From Paraspadella gotoi (lineage: Eukaryota; Animalia; Chaetognatha), in the NCBI GenBank assembly GCA_051294375.1, contig CM119263.1:12005130-12069129 (forward strand): a DNA stretch of 64,000 nt, read 5' to 3'. The notes beneath the pieces were generated by a model. That model worked only from the letters and a program-made list of their open reading frames with translations, was not told where the DNA came from and did not search any database. Shown here one piece after another: positions 50,901 through 60,622 of the stretch. Numbering within the stretch: the stretch's first letter is position 1; the number at the start of each line of letters is the position of its first letter. Position numbers and translations under genes: made by a program.

Positions 50901-53900
50901 CGCACGGTTGTTTGACCCGGAGTCTTTGGAACCTAGGCCTTAATTAATGAAAAGTAATATTTTTTTTTTTAAATCTATATTATTTTTTATTTATCAATTT
51001 TAAAAAAAACTATCGTTAAGTTAGGCGGAAGCAAGAGATACGATTCGAGCGGTTAGAGACATGGCTGTGATTCAGTCAAATAATTCGACGGATATACGGA
51101 GATTGGCTGATGCAGGTGCCAACGAGGATCACGCGTAAAGCATATTCCAGGAAAAACGTTTGATTTGGGCGATGACTGGTCTCTTTTTCGTACCCATTTC
51201 CGCGAGAATGTTCGAGCGGTTTATCATTTAGAACCAGAAGACGAGAGACTCGATCGCGAATGTTTCACAAAAATAGAACCCGATACAGCTTTATTGGCGA
51301 GATTGGATGCGGCTTTGGCAGTAGGCTTCATGAACGAGGCGGAGAAACAGAAGTTTTTAACTCATCTCGACGCTTTTAAGCGCAAGCGCAAGCCACTTTC
51401 CTAGCCCTAACTCAGGATTCCTGTATCATAAAAAGCCGGAACCCTAACCCGAGCGTTACCTTGGCAGTAGAGTGATGTGAAAATGAAAAAAATTTTAGAA
51501 AATTAAGATTTAGCATAGCAATCATGAAAATAAAAACCAATAAAAATATATTAGTAAATTTACTTTTTATATTTTTTATACCTTTTTGGGCACCAGTAAG
51601 CTATATTTATATTAAAGAGACAGTAATTATTATAATGTGTGACAGAACCATTCAATATAAACAGTCCCTGAGCTTCGGATCAGGCTGTAACACCGTGTTA
51701 CAAGTGGGTTAAGCGCCCCGTCCCTCTTAACTACTAGGCGACCACCGGGCTAGAACCCCAGACCTTTGGGTTGGGAGGCAAATGACTTGCCTCCAGCACC
51801 AATGGCTGCTGATGAACGGTTAGTAGATTTTAGTCCGCCATAATATATAGTAATAAGTACATAATAGGCTAAAATTTCAAATTACATTTTATTTTTAATT
51901 TTAAGATCGGATTTGGATTCCTTAAAAAAAGTTGATATAAGAAAGTATAATTCTTTTTTAAAAATTATTTCATTAAGTTGATCAAAAATATAAAAAAAAT
52001 ATTTAAAAAGTTGATTTTCAATTTCCAGCTTAAAAATATAGTTTTTTGTAATTTTAACCTACTTAATAATATAATTTTTGAATAAGGTTTATATTGTTTA
52101 TATTGTTGCGTCCACAATATTTTCTTTTATCAACTTTTTACCAGGAAATTGAATCTGTTCTCAGAACTTTAAAAAAAAACATTTTGAAATTTTGACATTA
52201 TATTTTATACAAAATAAGCTGACTGGGCTACTATATTTGTAAAAAAAGAAAAATAACTACCGATTAGTATTTACTAATATGATAGTTTTCAAGACATAAC
52301 TGCTAAATTTTGATTCCAAACTTTCACTTCACCCTACTGCGCAGTGCCTCCAACCAGGGCCTCCCGTTCATATCTGAGCCTCAACTCTAACCCTTACTTC
52401 AGCCGCGAGCCTCTCCTCCGACTGACGCCTTCCTTCTATTTCGCAACTTTCATTTTGCATCACTGGCAAGGTCGCCAGTGAGGGTACTGCACTGTCACGA
52501 CGCCAGTGCCCTGGCGCTATCGCCATGGCGATGTCGCCAACCAACTAAAACAATATTCAAAGCGCGATAAAAACCTTTAATTATCATGAAGCTTTGTTAT
52601 AATGAACACTGTATTCTCTGCATCTGGGTCTACTTGCCAATGTTTTTTTAGGTTTTTTGGTACACTTATGGGTTCAACTAAGGAAGATTTGAAATGGGAG
52701 ATTGAAAATTTATTGATTGACTTAAAAATGCAGGAAAAACGTAAAACATATGCCAAAAACTTGTCTGGAGGCACGAAAAGGAAAACTTGCTTAGCGATGG
52801 CGCTTGTAGGTAAATTAAGAAATACCATATTATTGGTACGTTTTTAGCCGGATCTGCCGAGATTTTACATTTCGGATCTATAATTCCCTTGGATAATCTC
52901 AGAAAATGGAGTTATAAAATATTATCCATCTATCCATCTCATTAATTAAGAGAAAACTTTGGGCATGGGTAAAAAATTTTTTTCTTCAGCATGAAATCAG
53001 GTTACCAGTGGCCTGTAAATCGCTTTCAAGTAGGCGTTTTAACCAACTAACAGTTAACGGTTGATCACCAATTAAAAAAAAAATTTAACTGATTGATTAA
53101 TTTGGTAAAATTAACCGGTTAATTTTAAAATTTACTAATTTAAACTTTTTTTTGCTTTAAGTACTATGGTTTTTTATTTCTCAGAACTTTTTCCAACTAT
53201 TTTAGATTATATAAATATTAAAAGAGAAAAATAAAAATCTTAAAAGTATAGTGATCTCGCCAGACGTTACTATCAAAGAAAATTAATGACAAATTCTGGA
53301 AAAAAAAAGATTGATATAATAAATATTAATTGATGTAATAATAATTGATTGATTGATATATAATAATTGATTAATTGATATAATAATAATTTATTGATTA
53401 ATGTAATAATAATAATTGATTGATTAATTGATGTAATAGTAATTGATGGATTGAATAATGTAATAGTAATTGATTGATTGATATAATATAAACTGATTGA
53501 TGTAATAGTAATTAATTGATTGATATAATAATAAATGATTGATTGATGTAATAATAATTGATAGATTGATAGTAATTGATTGATTAATTAAAAAGTAATT
53601 GATTTATGTAATAATAATTGATAGATTAATGTAATAATAATTGATTTAATAGTAATTGATTGATTGATATAATAATAATAGATTTATTGATGTAATATTG
53701 TTTGATTGATGTAATAGTAATTGATTGATTGATGTAATAATAATTGATTGATGTAATAGTAATTTATTGATTGATATAATAATGATTGATTGATGTAATA
53801 GTAATTTATTGATTGATATAATAATAATAGATTTATTGATATAATAATAATTGATTGATTGATGTAATAGTAATTCATTGATTGATGTAATAATGATTGA

Positions 53901-56407
53901 CTGATGTAATAATAATTGATTGATTGATGTAATAGTAATTGATTGATTGATATAATAATAATTCTTTAATTGATGTAATAGTAATTGATTGATGTAATAA
54001 TAATTGATTGATACGATGATAACCAAAAATTTATGCGATGATAACCAAATATTGATATGATAATAACCAATAATTGATGCAATGATAACCAAATTATAGT
54101 TTCGATAATAATCATTCATTGATGCGATGATAGTCATTCATTGATGCGACGGTCATTCATCGTAAATAAATATATGTGTATGAGTGAGAGAGAAAAGACA
54201 ACCGCTGGACAGCCGGTGCAGAGCAGAACTCGTTTTGAGACGAATCTGAAGAAGAAGCGACGGAAAAAGAGAAAAAAAGAGAGAGAGAGCGACATATAAT
54301 TAGATAAATGAGAGAGAAATAGAGAGAAGCTGGACAGTGGACAGCCTGTGGAGAGCAGAACTCATTGATATATATATAAAAATTATTTTGTAAATAAAAC
54401 AAACATGCGTGTAGCAAAAAATAAATGCGTGTCGCAATACGAAACACAACAATTTAAAGACCTCAATAATGAAAAGCCATATCTAAATTTTTAGCTTTCT
54501 ATGATTACACACTTTAGCTATTTCTAATGGTAAAACAGCGTGACGACGACGACGGTCACAAAGAAGCAATTCTTAACGAGATAAAAATGCTTATCAGCAG
54601 ATTCCGACTCTATAATCCACTTCGTCGATCCGTCGGTCCGCCCCCTCAATCTTGTCGGGCATTCACATCATGTGAGAACATCAAATGATAAATTATACTC
54701 CCTTATTTTTAATTTAAAGAAATACAGACATCTGATTAGCTGCTTACTGCTAAATTATCGTGGGGAGATCCGACATTGTTTGCTCAAACTTGCTTTTATA
54801 CATAATCAATTTAAAAAAAAAATTCAAAATTAGTAAAATGCGATTTTTCGTTATTTCTACTTGAGCTTATTTTCTCTTGGACGATTCCATCAAAACTGGA
54901 TTTCCAGTTTAATCACACACTTTTTTAGCCATGTCAATCGCCTCATTCATTCATAAGTTTTTGGCGTTCAAAGCTGATCAGGGGGGAAAGACAGACATCA
55001 GTTTTTTTCATAATTTATTTTACTTTATACTATGTTCTGACATGAGCTACGTGAGTAACCAATAAAGTTGTGAGTGTAGACTAGAGTGATGTGAAAATGA
55101 TAAAATTTTAAAAAATTAAGATTTAGCATATAAATCATGAAAATAAAAACTAATAAAAATACTTTAGTAAATTTACTTTTTAATTTTATACATTAGTGGG
55201 CACCAGTGAGCTATATTTATATATAGTATTAAATATTGTATTAATCCTTTCTTTTGTTGTTTGTTGAAATTTTCGTGGAACAACAATAAAGTTGTTTTTT
55301 TTTTAACTTTGGACATGTTTCGGCTTACAACTCAAGCCTTCATCAGCATTTGAAATCACAAATAATTTATTTCACAAACATTGCGAGAGAGAGAGAAAGA
55401 GAGAGAGAGGGAGAGTTCCAACAAAGAATTTAGTAAAGGAAAGTGGTCAGATGTGAGGACAGGTGAAGATGAGGACAGGGATGAAAAGGAGAGTGAATGT
55501 AAAATTGGTGAACAGCAACAGCAACACACAAAGCCCTACAAAGACGCAGTAGCTGAGCATGCAGAAACTATGGGTCATCTGTTTAGAGAGGAAGACTGTC
55601 TCGTGCTGTCCCATGACCATAATTGGTTCTCAAGAGGTATTAGAGAGGCAATTTACATCAAAGCCCTCGAGCCCTCTTTGAATCGTGATGGAGGACGATT
55701 CGACCTCCCTCCAAGCTATGATTCGCTTATCAAAACTGTGGTGGAGCACCCAACGCCACCTCAGCCGCACGGTGACTCCCCTGTCCCCACTCAACGGGTC
55801 AGGCGGAGACCTCTCAGCAGGCAATGGATACCTGATGCCTCACCCAAGCCTGCAGCAACTTGGCACGACTCTCCTCGTACCGAGCGTCGCCCAAAACGAC
55901 GGCTGCAGGAGGTGGAGGAGGAGTCTGTATCTCCTGTACCAAAACATGCAAGAACAGGCAATCGCCCGCCTCACCGTCAGGTGAGAGGAGGGCATTCGGC
56001 AGGCTTATCAGGTCAGAGAGACATTCGAGTGGCACTGGGCATTTTTCCAGGTGGGTCATTACCAGATCCCAGCCTAACTAACTCCACCACAATACTCTCT
56101 CAACCTATGACAGGCCTATGAACCGAAATTCATCAGTAATATCCCTCATTTGCCCGGCTGGGGGGGGGACCAGCTCATTTTGAGCTCTTTCTTTACTTAT
56201 TTTTCTCTTACCTCTTTATCTTAACTATCCCTCACAAACTATCCTTTTCCATTTTATTTTCAATATTGCACTATTTCTCTGTGTCTCTCTCTCCCTCTCT
56301 CTCTCTCCCTTTTCACCAATTTCACATTCACTCTCCTTTTCATCCCTGTCCTCATCTTCACCTGTCCTCACATCTGACCACTTTCCTTTACTAAATTCTT
56401 TGTTGGA

Positions 56408-56439
<32 letters not shown>

Positions 56440-59400
56440 AATGTTTGTGAAATAAATTATTTGTGTTTTCAAATACTGATGAAGGCTTGAGTTGTAAGCC
56501 GAAACATGTCCAAAGTTAAAAAAAAAAAAACAACTTTATTGTTGTTCCACGAAAATTTTCGTTTTTAATTAGTATTAAATATATAATGGCTCAAATTTCT
56601 AAATACATTTTTTTAAATTTTAAGATCGGATTTGGATTCCTTGCAAAAAGTTGATATAAGAAAGTATAATTCTTTTTTAAAAATTATTTCATTAAGTTGA
56701 TCAAAAATATACAAAATTATATTTCAAATGTTTATTTTCAATTTTCAGTTTAAAAATATATTTGTTTGTAATTTTAACCTACTTAATGACATAATTTTTG
56801 AAAAAGGTTTATATTTTTTTTATCAACTTTTTACGAGGAATTTGAATCTGTTCTCAGAATTAAAAGAAAAACATTTTGAAATTTTAACATTAGATATTTA
56901 CAAAATAAGCTGACTGGGCTACTATATTTAAAAAAAAATAACTACAGATTAGTATTTATTAATATGATAGTTTTCAAGATATAACTGCTAAATTTTGATT
57001 CCAAACTTTCCCTTCACCCTAGTGTAGACTGAGAAAGAGGATTATAGAGCCGAAATCTGCTATATATACGATTAGGGCGTAGTAAAATTTCTGAATTTAA
57101 CTTTAATTAAAATTCTAAAAGAGAGGAACGAAGAACATTATACTAATGAACATTTATGTATAAAAAAAATTGTAATAAATTTTACAATTTACGCAGTAGG
57201 CCATATTCATAAATAGTACTAATCCAATAAATGTTAAAATTTCAAAACAGTTTTTTCAAAGATTTTTTTTTAGATTTAGATTCGTCATAAAAAGTTGATA
57301 CAAAGAAATATAACTCTTTTTTGAAAAATTCCTTTATTAAGTGGGTCAAAAATCAGAAAAAGCTATATTTTAAGCTGAAAATTAACTTTTTATATATTAA
57401 ATATAGTTTTTAGTCGGATCTGCTTATCAGCAGATTCCAACTCATAATTCACTTTGTCGGTCCGTCAGTCCGTCAGTAAATCATTATTATCATATCAGAA
57501 CATCGAATTATGATAAATTATGCAAAAAAAATGATGTCCGTCCATCCGTCCGTCCATCCATCCGTCCATCCATCCATCTGTCCATCCCCCCTTAGCAAAA
57601 AAACTCCAATTACTCGTGATTGGATGGATGGATTGGTACAAAATTTTGTGTGTGGGTAGGAAACTGTGTGATTGAGATGGATATGAAGTTTCGATGGACT
57701 CGTGCGAGTGGAAATTGGTTTAAATGGGGAAAAAATCTATTTCACTATTTGAACGCCAATTGCTCATGGTGGATAGAGCAATTGACTTGAAATTTTGTAT
57801 GATGGTAAGAAAGTGTGTGATTGAGCTGGATATAAAGTTTCGATGAATCGTGCGAGTAGAAATGAGTTAAAATGGAGAAAACAAAAGTCATATTTACTTG
57901 AAGTATTTTTACTTAAATTTACTCATAATTATTATGTTTATTAAAAATTGGATAGATAAATTGAAATGGAATTTTGTGTGAGGGTAGGAAAGTATGTGAT
58001 AAAGCTGGATATGACGCAGAGACAGATCACGCTTAATTTGCTTCCCACCCTACTTATGATCATTTTTACTTCACTTGTCGCCATATTTGATTCATAATCT
58101 TTTAGCTATAGTTGTTGTTTGATACTCGTAGACCTAAGGTACTGTCTCCAAGAGTGTCAACCGCCCACAAGAAGGGCAATAGGGTTCAGAAAAGAAGAAA
58201 TCTGACAAAAAGTCCAGAAAAATGCTTACCTTACAAAAGTACATAATGTGCTTTAACAATAGATATTCATTATCTACAGAAAAAAAGCAATATTTCAGAC
58301 CCATTAGTAAATATTTTTTATCTGGGAATAGTATAAAATATGCAAATGAATTATGATACTAGAATTACAAATAATTTTTTTTTATCTATATTTGAACTTG
58401 TTCATTGTAATAGACCATCATCATCAACAGCAAAGATATTCAAAAAGATTTTTCAAAACAGCAATCTTTTGCCAATATGCATGATAAATTTGGCTGCTTA
58501 ATATGCAAGAAAAATATACTTAATTAATTTTTAATTATTGAAGAAGATAGAATAATTCAATTTTCGAAAAAAACATTTTAGTGTTCAGAATTTTAGATCT
58601 AGACTATGAACCAAAATTTGGCATTTTGAAAAATATCAGATTCAAGGTATTCGATTTTGGAACAATCTGATGTTTTTCGTTTTTTGATATCTTTATTTTT
58701 TATGCAAAACTAAAATTCTGAATGACCAATGATCAAGTCGAATATTTTTTTCCAAATCTTTAAAGAAGTAAAGCTTTGCTCAAATTGAGAATGTTAGATG
58801 TTTTATATAAAAAAAATGATAAAAGCTTAAAATAAAATTTAAAAAATATATGTTTGTATTTGTATCTATTTAAAATTGTAATATGATAAACAAGTAGTGG
58901 GTCAAGCTTTTTGTTTCAGTTAAACATAATGAAAAATGATTATTTTTTTTTCACAGACAAATAGGTAGACATCCAAACTGTTTATATTAAATTGAAAATA
59001 AATTTTAATTTATAATTTTACATATTTAAAATAACATTTTATCATGCTACTATATGTATTTTTGCTTGTTTTTTATTTTAACTAAAAATACATGCAAATT
59101 TATGGAGTAAAAGAGCTTTATTGGTAATCAATATGTAATTCAGTCATTCCTTTTTCCAAATCCGAAAGAAAAACAAAAAAATTCATATGACTTCATTAAA
59201 ATTTTTAACTTCAAAAACTGTTATACTTTTAACTAGGTTATAAACAAATCCCGTCTTAACATTTTTGGATAAAATTTATAGAAACTATTTCAAAAAGTTG
59301 TCTTATGATTAGGGCTTTATTTTGATACCTCGCCCACCATCCTATCTCTTTTCTTTCAAAAGTTATGCAAAAAAATAACTTTATTTATCATCGGAGAACT

Positions 59401-60545
59401 AAGGATTTGAACTACGCAGTACAAATCTTTGTTAAATAAAAATTTTGGCAAAGCGGGAGTATCTCAATTTATCCTATTTGTATAATACCTAAATTTTAAA
59501 ATAAAAACTAAAGAAAATTTTTTTATCATCTATCAGTTGTACCCATCGTCTTATTCGTTTATGGCTTATGGTTTAAGAATTCAGAGAAACAAAGTATCTA
59601 GTCCAAATTTCGACTTTTATACTGTATTTTACTGTATCATTCTGGGCAGAATCATGTTTTGCATGTATTTGTCCAGCATAACTGTTAGAAAGGGATGGCT
59701 TATTAGTACAAATGGTCAGACAAAGTAAATTCAATGATTGATATTTTTTTTTTGTACACATGAAATTAAGCGTGATCTGTCTCTGCGTCATATAAACTTT
59801 TTGATAGAATCGTAGGAGTGGAAAAGAGTTCAAATTAGAAAACCAAAAGACACATTTATTTGAATTTTTTAAAGATCCGACATTGTTTGTTCAAACTCGT
59901 TTAAATTTTTAACCTACTTAATGAAAGATTTTTTTAAAATGAGTTATATTTTCTTTTATCAGCTTTTGACGAGGAATTCAAATCTGTAATCAAAATTAAG
60001 AAAAGCTTATTTTTAAATTTTTAGATTTTATAAAGATAGTACTTAGGAAAACAGTTTATTTAGATTGTGGCAACAAATTTTGTGACAGATAAGTCGGACA
60101 TGTTTCGACTTTTACAGTTTTAGAGACTTCATCAGCAAATGAATTTTATAACACTTATTTGTCACAAAATTCGTTGCCGTAATCTAAATCCTAAATCTTA
60201 ATCCTAAAACAATAAAATTGAAAGTCTATACATAAGGATAGTACTATATATAAATAGCCTACTGCGAAAATTTAAAAACATAAAGTTAAGTTTTTTTGCA
60301 AATTAATGTTCACTGATGGTATGTCGTTCATAATTGACTTTTAGAATTTTCGTACGTAACTTTCACTACGCTCTAATGCAGATCCGGCTAATAAACCATT
60401 GGGACAACATTGCTGTCTTCGGTTATTGCGTATTTTTTATATTTTTAAGGAAATGCCAGCTTTACCATCTTGGATGAGCCAACCTCAGGAATAGATGTTA
60501 CTGCCCGACATATCATTTGGGAAGTGATTGAAAAATCAAAACCAG
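35386..60545 (+). CDS. ABCA-subfamily transporter, internal exons (35386-35564, 37369-37624, 43624-43846, 46499-46868, 50328-50502, 52652-52809, 60450-60545)
   Basis: GFLAVQW, EKESGMKE, TM segments, DAVLYYLISIYIEEMNPGIFG, Walker A GHNG|AGKST, CPQ, signature LSGGTKRK, Walker B ILDEPTSG; GT-AG sites. Exon 2 contains apparent indels. Confidence 0.88.
35714..37348. mobile_element. Tc1/mariner-type non-autonomous element with long TIRs
   Basis: ~170-bp TIR (CAGTA)GCATCCGTCTAGAATTTCTGAG.. / ..CTCAGAAATTCTAGACGGATGCTACTG-TA; second copy 40734-42506 and a left end at ~18792. Confidence 0.75.
38193..39721. mobile_element. hAT-like MITE with nested TRIM
   Basis: TAGGGCGTAG / CTACGCTTTA termini; perfect 8-bp TSD CTACACAG. 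Confidence 0.8.
38543..39238 (-). mobile_element. TRIM family 1 (tRNA-like cassette in LTRs), two-LTR copy
   Basis: TG..CA LTRs 38953-39238 and 38543-38830, 122-bp internal region with PBS TGGTGAGCC and PPT GGGGGG; no TSD at this copy. Confidence 0.85.
40312..40515 (-). mobile_element. Solo LTR, TRIM family 2 (internally deleted)
   Basis: Matches the family-2 LTR; TSD CAAG at 40308-40311 and 40516-40519. Confidence 0.75.
40734..42506. mobile_element. Tc1/mariner-type non-autonomous element (second copy)
   Basis: TA-CAGTAGCATCCGTCTAG ... CTAGACGGATGCTACTG-TA. Confidence 0.8.
41018..41303 (+). mobile_element. Solo LTR, TRIM family 1
   Basis: TGTAGTCGGG...TTATCCACA; TSD AATT; the empty site is visible in the paralogous element at ~35985-36000. 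Confidence 0.85.
42800..43412. mobile_element. Intact hAT-like MITE (613 bp)
   Basis: TAAGGCGTAG / CTACGCCTTA; TSD CTGTTTAC / CGGTTTAC (7/8). Confidence 0.85.
45253..45770 (+). mobile_element. TRIM family 2, two-LTR copy (5'-truncated LTRs)
   Basis: LTR ends CTTTCA (45400) and CTTCA (45770); PBS TGGTGAGCTCGACTTCCGAACAC; purine tract AGGGAGGGAGA; tRNA-Gly(GCC)-like segment at 45587-45650. Confidence 0.75.
47700..48585 (-). mobile_element. 5'-truncated Penelope-like element tail
   Basis: Homologous to 55770-56520 (GACTCCCCTGTC..CACTCAACG), GA microsatellite, terminal hammerhead. Confidence 0.7.
47704..47748 (-). ncRNA. Minimal type I hammerhead ribozyme
   Basis: Minus strand AATG-CTGATGA-AGGCTTGTAGTTAAGCC-GAAAC-AT-GTC-CGTT: complete core, stem II GGCTT/AAGCC, stem I AATG/CGTT, palindromic ACATGT stem III. 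Confidence 0.82.
49449..50162 (-). mobile_element. TRIM family 3 (tRNA-like cassette in LTRs), two-LTR copy
   Basis: LTRs 49896-50162 and 49449-49709; PBS TGGTGAGCCCGACGTGATCCGAACACG; PPT GGGGGCGG; TSD GTTG (49445-49448 / 50163-50166). Confidence 0.88.
51613..51842 (-). mobile_element. Solo LTR, TRIM family 2
   Basis: Family-2 LTR with the full tRNA-like cassette; TSD ATAT; inserted in a hAT MITE (51468-52335). Confidence 0.78.
53320..54150. repeat. AT-rich minisatellite (ATTGATTGATGTAATAATA-like) within a dispersed repeat
   Basis: Tandem degenerate units; an inverted related copy lies at ~61870-63110. Confidence 0.8.
55306..55352 (-). ncRNA. Minimal hammerhead ribozyme (inverted pLTR copy)
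   Basis: Minus strand TG-CTGATGA-AGGCTTGAGTTGTAAGCC-GAAACATGTC-CA. Confidence 0.75.
56470..56516 (+). ncRNA. Minimal hammerhead ribozyme (3' pLTR copy)
   Basis: CTGATGA-AGGCTTGAGTTGTAAGCC-GAAACATGTC; stem I weakened. Confidence 0.72.
58013..59789. mobile_element. Non-autonomous TIR element, Sola1-like
   Basis: Perfect 27-bp TIR GACGCAGAGACAGATCACGCTTAATTT; 4-bp ATAT TSD (AWWT pattern). Confidence 0.7.
60091..60141 (-). ncRNA. Degenerate hammerhead ribozyme in a mini inverted-repeat element
   Basis: Minus strand TTG-CTGATGA-AGTCT...AGTC-GAAACATGTC-CGA; mismatch in stem II. Confidence 0.6.
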
Positions 60546-60622
60546 GTTAATCACATAAGTGTACTGACCACTAATGAATAATTGCTGTGAAGGTGAACTT
60601 TAACCTGATATTGTGCAAATTA

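Larger units (their letters stand above)
55267..56558 (+). mobile_element. 5'-truncated Penelope-like retroelement with inverted pseudo-LTR
   Basis: Inverted arms 55267-55512 / 56313-56558; GIY-YIG C-terminal motif AVAEHAETMGH...RGIREAIYI...LNRDGG at ~55545-55740. Confidence 0.85.
55082..57021. mobile_element. hAT-like MITE (second family) with nested Penelope-like element
   Basis: TAGAGTGATG.. / ..CTTCACCCTA termini; perfect 8-bp TSD GTGTAGAC. Confidence 0.8.

Noticed and set aside
51805-51842. CTGATGA in the family-2 LTR as a hammerhead core
   Set aside because: No correctly placed stem II-GAAA-NUH elements follow.
53646-54137. Ile/Asn-rich ORFs
   Set aside because: Translations of an AT-rich minisatellite.
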